The notes: generated by a model not told the origin, from the letters alone. 64,000 nt of DNA from Gemmatimonadota bacterium (GCA_020348925.1 CP070758.1:3239688-3303687); one strand, 5' to 3'; shown: positions 50,301 through 59,919, numbered from the stretch's first letter. Numbers and translations: made by a program.

Positions 50301-51369
50301 TCCGGCCCAGACGCTTGGTACCCCCCGTCATGAAGTCGTTCTGACGCACCTCGAGCCGGCGACGTTGCAGGCTTTAAATATGATCACCCTTGAAGGAGCT
50401 GTGGTTGATAGTACTGGAACGATCCTGCAAGAGTTCGAGGGGACAGCGATTGTGGATGTTTTCGATTCGCTCAGAGATATTATCCACATCACTCCGGAGA
50501 CGAACAGGGAGGTCCGCTATCAGCTCCCAGGTGCGGTCCTTTTCCGAGGGTTCGTGCCCGTGACACAGGGAACGTTTCGGACGCAGTTCGTTATTCCGAA
50601 AGATATAACATATGACGGTACGACGGGGCGACTGTGTGTCTACGCGTTCAGAGAAGCGTCGGACGGAGTCGGCTACAGAGACTCCTTATCCACGGTTGGG
50701 GGGAGTGTTGAGGTCGTCGATTCCGTCGGACCCCTGATCGAATTGACCATCAAGGGACGTGAGGAGACGTTCGCCGAAGGCGATTACGTTCGATCCGATG
50801 AGATCTTGACGGCGACACTCTTTGACAGCAGCGGCATCAATCTTACCGGGGAGACGGGCCATTGGATTGTGCTGCGAATAGATGGAGACGATGGCACCCG
50901 CCAGGATCTGACCTCCTCCTTCGTCTACGAGGAGGGCAGTTATCAGAAGGGTACCATCGAGTATGAATTGTCGGATCTGAATGCCGGCGATCATACGATA
51001 GAAGTCAAAGCCTGGGACAATCATAACAACGCCTCGGTACAGTTGCTTTCGCTGCGAGTGGCTTCGGCCGAGGATTTTCGTCTCCTGCATGTGATGAATT
51101 ATCCCAACCCTTTTTTCAGAGAGACGAACTTCACGTACGAGTTGACAGGACCGGCCAGAGAGGTTCTCATCAAGATCTATACTGTGGCCGGACGCCTGAT
51201 CGAGACCTTTTCTGCTCCCGGTGATCTCGGTTTCAATCATATCTCGTGGGAGGCGTATGATAGAGATGGCGATGCCCTGGCCAACGGTGTCTATCTGTAC
51301 AAAATGATCGCATCAGGGATCGAAGGGAGACGCCACGAGGTCATTGGGAGACTTATCATTATGAAATAA
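47380..51369 (+). CDS. porU: Type IX secretion sortase PorU-like (peptidase C25) with propeptide and CTD
   Basis: IYDEFSWG..DPTAIRDFL, LLVGDG.YDYK, IGRLP, NYIGHGG (His), FTCDVG (Cys), LFGDPA, VKAWD..NN, NYPNPF. Confidence 0.85.
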   Translation: MNFGRNIAVVFGVLMWGAPLNSALETARSGETGLLLRRTDETGVTFDYYVPEIEDMTFPFDGQIYHRVRLAGFGCTDQVGAPQLPQMRLLVGVPLEGDVEAALIDAAYEERGGYRVGPVPTLVRPTEAEDTFFREEYIPHPEFYSEDAFTPERVIEVEQPSFLRNQRVAAIILRPLQFNPVTGILRIHSKISVSIRFRGSGTVSPYPQGSSVDHFENVYQRTLINYETSKRWRKRPHVRLEKGSLFQDDAEWIKMTVREDGIYRVDFDDLSEVVEDMAAIDPATIRISYGGGRELPRDVFEPRPDSLTEIAIIVNGEEDGTFDAGDHIIFYGQGVSGWDYDPDVDDYAHYFHRFTDDNVYWLTFGPNGQQGKRMTAKDGSPTAPNPERFHGFRDRIHEEHEGINPKASGLTWYWRTSSGGETGSFRADLPGALQDSVCTVSLRMKGKTRGQVAVHEVKVSFNNRLISHETFHSENVLTIQESGRGWVVDGENELRVEHVRQPGSDPTIQDQFYFDWYEIRYWRRFEAHHGSLAFSAPRGSEVVEYRLSGFPEDSILVFDVTDPENVAALYHVTRDETLAFQDVQDPFIEKRYLAVALERMKSPISIVGAEPWELRDPSNRADYLIVTHEGFVPDVEPLRAHRRDFDPGYEAKVITTSAIYDEFSWGLFDPTAIRDFLKYAAGNWEVQPEYVLLVGDGNYDYKNNSLTSPGNWVPPYENGSEAYDDWYVYLDAGILPDMCIGRLPARSRQQVQHMVAKIIDYDLRPTFGQWRNRMLFMADDELVGCQEESWNVRHTNDSETVSDTLPKNFQQIKIYLMGYELGQNCEKPSANEDLLTHLNKGVLLFNYIGHGGYNVMADEHVFRSSRDLPRLTNESMPFLLAAFTCDVGVFDHPIEESMAEDLVRLENRGAIASVAASRLTSSGPNLDLSQQFYSNLFLSGFGHGKTRPLGMALLEGKVEAASASNGRLYLLFGDPAQTLGTPRHEVVLTHLEPATLQALNMITLEGAVVDSTGTILQEFEGTAIVDVFDSLRDIIHITPETNREVRYQLPGAVLFRGFVPVTQGTFRTQFVIPKDITYDGTTGRLCVYAFREASDGVGYRDSLSTVGGSVEVVDSVGPLIELTIKGREETFAEGDYVRSDEILTATLFDSSGINLTGETGHWIVLRIDGDDGTRQDLTSSFVYEEGSYQKGTIEYELSDLNAGDHTIEVKAWDNHNNASVQLLSLRVASAEDFRLLHVMNYPNPFFRETNFTYELTGPAREVLIKIYTVAGRLIETFSAPGDLGFNHISWEAYDRDGDALANGVYLYKMIASGIEGRRHEVIGRLIIMK

Positions 51370-51437
51370 GGAACAATTGTGTTCGGGATGTGTCTAATAG
51401 AAATGTTTCACAGTACATCTTTGAAGGAGGTAACGTC

Positions 51438-52493
51438 ATGAAAAGACTTCTTCTTATCATGGTATTGGGAGCGGTCCTCATGGTCTGCTCGTCCGAGGTC
51501 TATGCCCAAAGCGAGGCAGCGGTTCTGTACCTCATGATCAAACCGGGTGCTCGGGCCGCGGGATCTGGAGAGGCCTTTGTCGCTACGGCCGATGATGCCT
51601 GGGCAACCTACTATAATCCGGCGGGTTTGGGTTTTCAGAAAGGAAAAGTATTTGGAATGTCTCATACGAATTGGCTGCCTGCCTTCGCCAACGACCTCTA
51701 TCATGAATTTTTCGCCTACGCCTGGGAGCAGGAGGGTTGGGGTAATTTTGGCGTGAGCGCTATTTACATGTCGTACGGTGAACAGGTGAGGACGAGCGAA
51801 GTCGGAGATATCTTGGGGACCTTTCGCTCATTTGATACGGCGGTCGGACTCTCGTACGGAGCGCTCCTGTCGGATCGGTCATCGGCGGGCGTCACGATGA
51901 AGATTCTTTACAGTCGTTTGGCTCCCGAGGGGACGGGGGGCGAGAAGGGTTCCGGCACCGGGACGTCCTACGCCATCGATTTGGGTTTTCTGAAAAAAAA
52001 GTTTCTGCTCAGCGGCCTCTCCTTGGGGATTGCGCTTCAGAATGTCGGACCGTCCATTGCTTACATCGACGCCGAACAGGCTGATCCGTTGCCCCAGAAT
52101 TTAAAAATCGGATTTGCCTATGAAATCTTCAAGACCGAATATAACAGCCTCATCCTGTCGGCCGATTTCAGCAAGATACTGGTCAAGAAAGAGGAGGATA
52201 AAGCCGATGTCTTCTACAAAGCACTCCTTACCTCCTGGTTTGATAAACCCTTTAAAACCGAAATGGACGAAGTGATCGAAAATATCGGTTTCGAGTATTG
52301 GTACGGATCCTGGGTCGCATTGAGAGCGGGATTCTTCCGGGATACCTATTATAATACAGGAGAGGGGAAGCCCTATTTAACCTTTGGGGCAGGGCTGAAA
52401 TACAGCATGTTCGTCTTCGACGCCGCTTTCATACCGGCACCGGATTCTCCCCTGGCCGACAATACCCGTTTTTCATTGAGCATCAGATTCTGA
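51438..52493 (+). CDS. porV: PorV/PorQ-family outer-membrane beta-barrel
   Basis: L.I.PGARAAG.GEAFVA.ADDA.A.YYNPAGL, HTNWLP, DPLP, LRAG, C-terminal Phe; GGAGG RBS. Confidence 0.85.
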   Translation: MKRLLLIMVLGAVLMVCSSEVYAQSEAAVLYLMIKPGARAAGSGEAFVATADDAWATYYNPAGLGFQKGKVFGMSHTNWLPAFANDLYHEFFAYAWEQEGWGNFGVSAIYMSYGEQVRTSEVGDILGTFRSFDTAVGLSYGALLSDRSSAGVTMKILYSRLAPEGTGGEKGSGTGTSYAIDLGFLKKKFLLSGLSLGIALQNVGPSIAYIDAEQADPLPQNLKIGFAYEIFKTEYNSLILSADFSKILVKKEEDKADVFYKALLTSWFDKPFKTEMDEVIENIGFEYWYGSWVALRAGFFRDTYYNTGEGKPYLTFGAGLKYSMFVFDAAFIPAPDSPLADNTRFSLSIRF

Positions 52494-52564
52494 TGGAGAT
52501 GGCCAAGTGAGGACGCTTGATGTAGGAAATGATGCTGCAGAGATTCAATAGAAGGGAAGGGCAC

Positions 52565-55500
52565 ATGGCTTTCAAACGACTGGCATCTGTCATACTCTCC
52601 GTCGGGATCAGCCTCCTGAGTTCCACCGGCGTCAAGGGAGACGGGCAAGGCGATGACTCTGGGAAGCTCCATGCACTCCGGAAGAGCGGTGTCTCGACGT
52701 CAAACCTTTTGGGGTTGAACCGGCAGGGACCCGGACGTCTCCCCAAAGTGTTCGCTTCGGAGGAATCCGACACCATAAGACTCTTGGCCTTGCGGATTGA
52801 ATTCCAGCCGGACAGCAGCGATCCTGAAATCACCGGAGATGGTACCTTCGATCTTTCCACGGATTCTGAGGCCGAGATCGATCCGCCGCCTCATGATTAC
52901 GACTACTTCGAACGCCATTTGCGATTCTTGAAGAATTACTACGATGCCGTGTCTCACGGAAGATTGATTCTTGCGTACGATCTCTTTCCGCAGGAAGCCG
53001 AAGCTCCCTTAGTTCTTCCAGGCACCATGGCTCGTTATACCTCAGGTGCGACGGAGGCGGAGAACGACAGTCTCTTGGCCGTCTTCTTCCGCGACGCCAT
53101 TCAATTGGCCGACTCGTCCCTTCAGGAATTGACCTTCTCCTCGTACAACAGCTTTCTCGTCTTTCACGCAGGGGTAGGGCGCGAGAGCGACCTGCGGCGG
53201 GACTCCAAAAAAGATATTCCTTCAGCCTTTTACAATTTCGATGAATTCAAAAAATATTTGGCTGGCGATGCTCCTAATTATCAGGGCATTCCGTTTCAAG
53301 GCGGGTTTGTCCGGGAAGGATGGTGGTTGCCGGAGACGGAGAGTCAGGACGGATATGAACTGGGGCTCAATGGGATCGCAGCGCATCTGTTCGGGTATCA
53401 ATTGGGATTGCCGAGTCTGTTCGATTCCAATACCGGTCGGTCCGGTATCGGCTTATGGGGACTCATGGATCATGGGTTCGAGAACTATGCAAGCCGCATT
53501 CCGGCGCAGCCCTGTATCTGGTCTAAGGCTTTTCTGGGATGGGTGGCGCCTTTCGAGGTTCGGAACAGAAGGGAGGATCTCGAGATTGCAGCATGGGCCC
53601 TGAATAGCGGCAGCGCCGAAGCCGTCAAGGTGAACATCACGCCGACCGAATATTTCTTGATCGAGAATCGGCAGCGGGATGTTGACGGCGATACGACAAT
53701 AACGGTCGAAGGGGGCGTCGTTGTGGCTGCCGATGATTACGATTGGGGCCTTCCCGGATCAGGACTGCTGATCTGGCATATCGATGAGCAGGTCATTGCC
53801 GATGGGCTCTCGAGCAATGCGGTCAATGTCGATGCCACACACAAGGGCGTTGATCTCGAGGAGGCCGACGGCGTGCAGGAGATCGGGGCCAGCTACGGAT
53901 GGATTTTCGGCCATGATGAGGACGCCTACTATGCCGGGAATGAATCAGCGGCGTTGGCCAACGGGATCTCCTTCACCCCGACATCGGTTCCCGACAGCAG
54001 GAGCTCTTCGGGGGCGAACAGTCATATTCACGTGACGCATATCAGCGAGTCCGGTCCTGTCATGAGTCTCAAAGTGTCCCTGGATACGTACCAGGACGGC
54101 TGGCCGCAATTCCTGGGTGCAACGATCGGTACGAATTCGCCGGTTTCTGGTGATCTGAACAATGATGGAGATATAGAAGTTGTGTTGGCTTCAGAGGAGG
54201 GAAAAGTTTTTGTCTGGAATCACGATGGATCGAAGTTCATCTCGAATGCTGACTCGGTATTTATGATTGATCCAAAAGGCGACACAACCTGGGTGCAAGC
54301 GGCGGTCTTCGCGGAGACCGAGGATTCCATCCTGTCTTCCCCGGCATTGGGTGATCTGGATGGGGACGGGACTTTGGAGATTGTCGTGGCCACGGCTCAG
54401 GGTGCCGTTTATGTCTGGCATCCCCGGGATACTGATGCGGATGGACGTGCGGACATTAAAAATGGATTTCCCGTTCTCATAGAAAGTGGCATTGTGGGAT
54501 CTCCGGTGCTGGCTGACGCGGGGCGGGGGGCGGAAGGTTTCGAAATCGTCATGGCCATCGAGGATGGTCTCGGCGTCGCTTTGGAGGCAGATGGGGATAC
54601 GTATTGGACGGACGCGAGCCGGTGGTCTAATTCGACAACGCCTTCGGCTTCGGATCTGAATGGTGATGGATTTTCTGAAGTCGTGTTCGGATCTGACGAC
54701 GGGTTCACGAAGATCTGTGATATTGATTTGATGCAACCCAGTCTGACGCTGGGTTCGAGTGATGGGCCTGTTGTTGGCTTGGCCATCGGTGATCTTGACA
54801 GAGTTGAAGGAAATGACGTCGTGACTGTTCTGCAAAATTCGATAAAAATGCATTACGATTTTGCTTCAGGCGATGGAGACAGAGGCAACGCTGTGGACGC
54901 GCCTCTCCAGAGCCCACCGGCGTTGGGTGACCTCGATGGCGATGGTTTCTTGGAGGTCGTGGTCTCGGGATCAAACAAAATCCATGTTTTCAACTATAAT
55001 GCGTCCTTTTCCCCAAATTGGCCGGTGACGGTGAATCGAGCGAGCCCGAGAGACGGCCCGTATTCTTCGGCGGCAATCGGTGACATTGATGGTGATGATG
55101 AACTCGAGGTTCTTGCCGGATCACCAGGGGGACAACTCCTGGCCTATCATCACGATGGAAGTGTGGTTGATGGTTTTCCTTTAGCCTGCGGTGGAGCGGT
55201 GCATTCGACGCCGGCTCTGTTGGATGTCGACGGTGATGGGGATGTTGAGGTGATGGTCGGAGCCGATGACGGGTACCTGTATATGTGGGACCTTCCCGGG
55301 ATATACGATGTAGAAAATATACCCTGGCCCATGTATGCCCACGATGCGCAGCATACTGGGGCATATCCGGCATCTCACCTTCCGCCGGATATTCCTGAGG
55401 AGGAATTGCTCTCGGAGGCATCGGTCTACAACTTTCCCAATCCGACGGAGGGGAATTCGACATTGATCCGATATCGACTGGGCCGTGAGGCATCGGTCAC

Positions 55501-55687
55501 GATTAAAATTTTCAATCTCGCTGGGGAACTGGTGGACGAATTCACAGGACCCGGTTCCGCGCATACCGAAAACGAGGTGCGCTGGGATCTCACCGACTTT
55601 GCCTCAGGGGTATACATCTGCCGGGTTGAGGCGAGCGGTTCCCAGGGGACAGAGGCGGCTTTCTGTAAAATAGCCGTGACGAAATAA
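52565..55687 (+). CDS. M6 (immune inhibitor A)-like metalloprotease homolog with FG-GAP repeats and CTD; zinc motif degenerate
   Basis: FHAG, AHLFGYQLGLP, WGLMD.G, EYFLIENRQ, GLLIWHIDE, several GDLDGDG repeats, NFPNP...SGVYICR. Confidence 0.8.
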   Translation: MAFKRLASVILSVGISLLSSTGVKGDGQGDDSGKLHALRKSGVSTSNLLGLNRQGPGRLPKVFASEESDTIRLLALRIEFQPDSSDPEITGDGTFDLSTDSEAEIDPPPHDYDYFERHLRFLKNYYDAVSHGRLILAYDLFPQEAEAPLVLPGTMARYTSGATEAENDSLLAVFFRDAIQLADSSLQELTFSSYNSFLVFHAGVGRESDLRRDSKKDIPSAFYNFDEFKKYLAGDAPNYQGIPFQGGFVREGWWLPETESQDGYELGLNGIAAHLFGYQLGLPSLFDSNTGRSGIGLWGLMDHGFENYASRIPAQPCIWSKAFLGWVAPFEVRNRREDLEIAAWALNSGSAEAVKVNITPTEYFLIENRQRDVDGDTTITVEGGVVVAADDYDWGLPGSGLLIWHIDEQVIADGLSSNAVNVDATHKGVDLEEADGVQEIGASYGWIFGHDEDAYYAGNESAALANGISFTPTSVPDSRSSSGANSHIHVTHISESGPVMSLKVSLDTYQDGWPQFLGATIGTNSPVSGDLNNDGDIEVVLASEEGKVFVWNHDGSKFISNADSVFMIDPKGDTTWVQAAVFAETEDSILSSPALGDLDGDGTLEIVVATAQGAVYVWHPRDTDADGRADIKNGFPVLIESGIVGSPVLADAGRGAEGFEIVMAIEDGLGVALEADGDTYWTDASRWSNSTTPSASDLNGDGFSEVVFGSDDGFTKICDIDLMQPSLTLGSSDGPVVGLAIGDLDRVEGNDVVTVLQNSIKMHYDFASGDGDRGNAVDAPLQSPPALGDLDGDGFLEVVVSGSNKIHVFNYNASFSPNWPVTVNRASPRDGPYSSAAIGDIDGDDELEVLAGSPGGQLLAYHHDGSVVDGFPLACGGAVHSTPALLDVDGDGDVEVMVGADDGYLYMWDLPGIYDVENIPWPMYAHDAQHTGAYPASHLPPDIPEEELLSEASVYNFPNPTEGNSTLIRYRLGREASVTIKIFNLAGELVDEFTGPGSAHTENEVRWDLTDFASGVYICRVEASGSQGTEAAFCKIAVTK

Positions 55688-55696
55688 GGAACAGAC

Positions 55697-58600
55697 ATGC
55701 GTCGAATAGGCTTTCAAGGAGCGAAACTCATACTTCTGACTGTCGGAGTGATGTGCGCATTGCAGCTGCAAGCTCACGGATACAACCACCCGGAGTTGAA
55801 CTGGCGGACTTTTGAGACCGAGCACTTTCTCATCCACTACCATGAGGGGGTGGAGCGCACGGCGGGGAAAGCGGCCCAGATTGCCGAGGAAATTTACGGC
55901 CCGGTGACCTCCCTGTACGACTATGAGTTTGAGGACAAAATACATCTCATCTTTCGCGATGATGATGACTACGCCAACGGAATTACGTATTACTACGATC
56001 ACAAAATCGTCATCTGGGCGACGAGCATGGATTACGAATTGCGCGGCACGAGCGATTGGCTGTGGAACGTGATCACCCATGAGTTCACCCATATGGTCAG
56101 CCTGAATGCTGCGCGAAAAATCTATCGTCAGATTCCGGCCTTCTATTTTCAGTATATCGATTATCAAGAAGAGAAGCGACCCGATGTGTTCATCGGTTAT
56201 CCCAATCGTCTCGTCTCGTATCCCTTTGCCATGACGGTCGTACCCATGTGGTTCGCCGAGGGGATGGCCCAGTGTCAGGCTCCGAGTTGCAGTTACGATT
56301 GCTGGGATTCCCATCGGGATATGATCCTGCGCATGGCCGTTCTCGAGGGGAACATGCTCAGCTACGACGAAATGTGTGTTTTCGGGAAATCGGGTCTGGG
56401 GAACGAACAGGTGTACGATCACGGTTACGGATTGGCACGGTATATTCTCGACGCCTACGGTCCTGAAAGCCTGGGGAAAATATGTCGGGCGATGAGGCCG
56501 TTGCACCGCATTAATTTCGACGGAGCGACAAAGCGGGTCCTGGGGAAAACGGGGGAGGACCTGTACCAAGAGTGGGTCGTCAAAATGAGGGACACGTATG
56601 AAGCCGTCAGGCGGGAGCGCGGTGAGCCTCAGATCGAAGGGGAGATGCTCACGACGACGGACGATGGCTACCTGAATATTCATCCCTGTTGGTCGCCGGA
56701 CGGCAAGTCACTGGTCTATCTGTCCAACAGAGGCAGTGACTACAGTGCTCTCGGTCTGTATCTGCTCACGTTTCCCGACAGGCACGCCCAAAAAATTACT
56801 GGTGGTATCAGCTCTCCACCATCGTGGTCGTCGGACGGTACGGAGATCGTGTACTCCAAGCGGAACCGCCCGAACAGGCACGGCTCCCGTTTCAACGACC
56901 TCTACATATATACTATTGGAGAACGCAGACAGAAGAGAATTAGCCGCGATCTTCGGGCCAAGGATCCCGCCTTCTCGGCCGATGGAAGACAGATTGTGTT
57001 TGTGTCCAACAGCGATGGGAGCAATAACTTGGGGATAATGAACGTTGATGGGTCTGACATACGATATATAACCAATAGTGATGATGGCACCCAGTACTAC
57101 AATCCGCAGTGGTCCCCGGATGGCCAACGGATCGTCTTTTCAGAATCGAAGGGGACCCACAGGAACATTGCCATGATCGCACCTGACGGTTCCGACTTCC
57201 GATACCTCGTCGTCTCTCCGGGTGACGATCGAGATCCCTGCTGGACGCCTGACGGAAAGGAGATCATTTTCAGTTCCGATATCGACGGCATCTTCAACCT
57301 CTATTCCTACTCCCTGGAGAACGAGCAGTTCTCTCGCCTCACCAACGTTCTGGGCGGAGCCTTCATGCCCTCTTATTCGTCCAAGAAGCAGATCTCCTAC
57401 GCCTCGTACAGTTCGAAGGGTTACAGCCTTGTCGTTTTCGCGGATACGTTCGAACGTCATGAGGTGGCCTTTGCCCAGTATGATCCTTCGGAGGTCGCCG
57501 AGTGCGTTCCCAATCCCGGGGACCCGGTTGATGTGACATCCGTCTCCGAGCCTTACAAGATGACCTTTTCCAGCTTCTTCATCTATCCCCGAATTGCCGT
57601 CGATTACGGGACGCTGAAAGGCGGATTCTACTTCTCGAACGGCGATATCCTTGAGAAGCAATCGCTCTTCGCCGGGGCTCAGATGAACAGGGACAAGGAT
57701 CTTGACCTCTTCATTTTGTATGAGGTGCGACAATTTGCCCCAACGCTCTTTCTTGAATTCTACAAGCAGACGAGACACGAGAAGATCGCCGGGATCGACT
57801 CGTTCTACTATGAGGACCAAGATTACCAGACCCGGTTGGTCGAGTATTTGGATCAAGAGCGCTCGTTTAATTTGAATGAAGCGAATGTCGGATTACGCCA
57901 CAATCTCAATATTCTGCCCCTATTCTCCAATAATCAGGAGGTCAGTTTCACGGCACGATACAGCTCCTACGCCGGTGATTATCAGGCCATCGCAAAAAAC
58001 TATGTCCATCCGGACACGGCAGAAGCCTTCGTCGATTTTTTCAAGTATACTTATTTTAAAGGTTTTGATTTTATACTGAGCTGGAAAGACCGGTTCCTGA
58101 ATGGGACATTCGATGAGGAAATTAATCCCTCGGCCGGACATAATATTGAGCTGACCTACGCGCGCCTCTATCACAAATTCCTCGATCCCGAGAATCCCTT
58201 TAAATTGGGGACGTTTGGGATTCAATGGATCTATCGGAACTATTTCTACAATCGGCTCACCCTCGACTGGGAGCAATATATTCCGATGCCCCTGGACCGG
58301 CACACCCTCACGGCCAAACTTCGGGCCGGAATCATTCGGGCCGGGATCTTAGACGACCCGGAGATCGATGATTTCTTCAATTTTTTCGTCGGCGCTATCG
58401 ACGGATTGCGGGGCTATTCGTACTACAGCATCGAAGGCAAGAAAATGCTGCTGGGACGGTTGACGTATCGGTTTCCTATCTTCAAGAGCATGGGGAAACA
58501 ACTTCTTCATCTTCATTTCGACAAGCTGTACGGGGCGGTCTTCGCTGATGCGGGGAACGCCTGGAACGGCGATAAGCTCGATCTGTGGGAGTTCAAGAAG

Positions 58601-58789
58601 GATGTGGGGGCCGAACTTCGTCTGGAAACCTACTCCTTCTATACATATCCCACAAGGGTTTTCTTTCAAGCGGCCTACGGCTTCGATCGTATAGTGAAAG
58701 AAGAGCGGGTCAACGGGAACGTTTTACGGGACGTCATATCGGAGCCGGGATGGCGTTGTTATTTCGGCGTTCTTTTCGGATTTCTGTAG
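55697..58789 (+). CDS. Gluzincin-like / TolB-like (PD40) / Omp85-type barrel fusion protein
   Basis: THEFTH...WFAEG; repeated WSPDG/FSADG/WTPDG; LRGY and FADAGNAW barrel motifs. Confidence 0.8.
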   Translation: MRRIGFQGAKLILLTVGVMCALQLQAHGYNHPELNWRTFETEHFLIHYHEGVERTAGKAAQIAEEIYGPVTSLYDYEFEDKIHLIFRDDDDYANGITYYYDHKIVIWATSMDYELRGTSDWLWNVITHEFTHMVSLNAARKIYRQIPAFYFQYIDYQEEKRPDVFIGYPNRLVSYPFAMTVVPMWFAEGMAQCQAPSCSYDCWDSHRDMILRMAVLEGNMLSYDEMCVFGKSGLGNEQVYDHGYGLARYILDAYGPESLGKICRAMRPLHRINFDGATKRVLGKTGEDLYQEWVVKMRDTYEAVRRERGEPQIEGEMLTTTDDGYLNIHPCWSPDGKSLVYLSNRGSDYSALGLYLLTFPDRHAQKITGGISSPPSWSSDGTEIVYSKRNRPNRHGSRFNDLYIYTIGERRQKRISRDLRAKDPAFSADGRQIVFVSNSDGSNNLGIMNVDGSDIRYITNSDDGTQYYNPQWSPDGQRIVFSESKGTHRNIAMIAPDGSDFRYLVVSPGDDRDPCWTPDGKEIIFSSDIDGIFNLYSYSLENEQFSRLTNVLGGAFMPSYSSKKQISYASYSSKGYSLVVFADTFERHEVAFAQYDPSEVAECVPNPGDPVDVTSVSEPYKMTFSSFFIYPRIAVDYGTLKGGFYFSNGDILEKQSLFAGAQMNRDKDLDLFILYEVRQFAPTLFLEFYKQTRHEKIAGIDSFYYEDQDYQTRLVEYLDQERSFNLNEANVGLRHNLNILPLFSNNQEVSFTARYSSYAGDYQAIAKNYVHPDTAEAFVDFFKYTYFKGFDFILSWKDRFLNGTFDEEINPSAGHNIELTYARLYHKFLDPENPFKLGTFGIQWIYRNYFYNRLTLDWEQYIPMPLDRHTLTAKLRAGIIRAGILDDPEIDDFFNFFVGAIDGLRGYSYYSIEGKKMLLGRLTYRFPIFKSMGKQLLHLHFDKLYGAVFADAGNAWNGDKLDLWEFKKDVGAELRLETYSFYTYPTRVFFQAAYGFDRIVKEERVNGNVLRDVISEPGWRCYFGVLFGFL

Positions 58790-58802
58790 ACTGCAATTTG
58801 CG

Positions 58803-58896
58803 TGTCATGAAAGGAGGGATCGTGGGACTGTTTTTGACTGTCATGAAGGGAGAGATCAGGGGACTCTTTTCCACTGTAATGAAAGGGGACGTCATG
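58803..58896 (+). repeat. Imperfect 36-bp tandem repeat (about 2.6 copies) over an RBS region
   Basis: TGTCATGAAAGGAGGGATC / TGTCATGAAGGGAGAGATC / TGTAATGAAAGGGGACGTC at 58803, 58839, 58875. Confidence 0.75.
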
Positions 58897-59919
58897 CGAC
58901 TTAGTATATGGACGGTTATGCTGTGCGCTGCGATAGCAGGTGGAGGTTTGACCGATACGAGCAGAGCGAACCAGACCTTCGGGCCCAGAGCGATCTATTC
59001 GCCATTTCAAGCTATCGGAGACGGTTCGGAAACGGCGGAACAGGCTTCTCTTTCCCAGGCCACCGCGGGGCAGGATACGGTGGCAGAGGAGAAGGTCGAA
59101 ATCGTTGAGGTGAAGAAACCGGGCAGGGCCTTTTTCATGTCGGCGCTGGTTCCCGGCTTGGGTCAGTGGTACGCGGAAGCGAAAATTCGGGCCGCCGTTT
59201 TTTTCGGCCTTGAAACCGCGGCGACAGCGTGGGCCATCATGGCTCAACTTTCTGGTAATGATAAGGAGGATGAGTACAAGGTCTTTGCCGACAAATATTG
59301 GGATGTTGAGAAGTATAACGATCAAAGATATGACGAGGTTCAGAATAGAGTGATTCCCCCTACGGCCGCAAGCTGGTATGGAGCGTGGAGTCAGTGGTAT
59401 GAGGATAATAGCGCCTTGATCACGCTGGATGAAGAGCTGACCCACAGGTTACCGGAGATTGAGGTCGACAGAACGTTTCGGGGCTGGGATAAAACTCATG
59501 ATTACTACGAAATGATCGGGAAGTACGACCAGTTCGTTTACGGCTGGGATGATGTCTGGGGACCTCCTCTGAATCTTTTGCCCGGGGATAGCACGTTGGC
59601 TCCGAACCATGATATAGGTATTTGGGTGTTGGCCGGAGTCGATTCTGCCCATTTTGACCCCTATATTGCTGACGTGAAATCGGCGCACCGCGATCAATAT
59701 ATGAACATGCGCCACGAGGCCAACAAGGCCTTCAAACGGGCCAAGACAATGTTTGGCGTCATCCTCTTCAACCATGTGATCAGCGCCATCGATGCGGCTC
59801 GGTCCGCCAGAAGTTACAATCTGAAACACGCCGAGAATAAGACGAGCGTGCGCTTGCGCATGAAGAAGTATGAAGGTGAGTATATCCCGCAACTTGTTCT
59901 ATCACATAAATTTTACTGA
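58894..59919 (+). CDS. Exported/membrane hypothetical protein (DUF5683-like N-motif)
   Basis: Signal peptide, KKPGRAFFMSALVPGLGQWY, YYEMIGKYDQF..GWDD, NHVISAIDA. Confidence 0.7.
   Translation: MRLSIWTVMLCAAIAGGGLTDTSRANQTFGPRAIYSPFQAIGDGSETAEQASLSQATAGQDTVAEEKVEIVEVKKPGRAFFMSALVPGLGQWYAEAKIRAAVFFGLETAATAWAIMAQLSGNDKEDEYKVFADKYWDVEKYNDQRYDEVQNRVIPPTAASWYGAWSQWYEDNSALITLDEELTHRLPEIEVDRTFRGWDKTHDYYEMIGKYDQFVYGWDDVWGPPLNLLPGDSTLAPNHDIGIWVLAGVDSAHFDPYIADVKSAHRDQYMNMRHEANKAFKRAKTMFGVILFNHVISAIDAARSARSYNLKHAENKTSVRLRMKKYEGEYIPQLVLSHKFY

Noticed and set aside
55604-56683. 359-aa minus-strand ORF
   Set aside because: Antisense to the gluzincin-TolB-Omp85 gene.
58585-58893. N-terminal extension of the 444-aa ORF
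   Set aside because: Overlaps the upstream gene; RBS and signal peptide favour a start near 58894.
58803-58896. 36-bp repeats as a CRISPR array
   Set aside because: Copies are directly adjacent with no spacers, are imperfect, and no cas genes are present.
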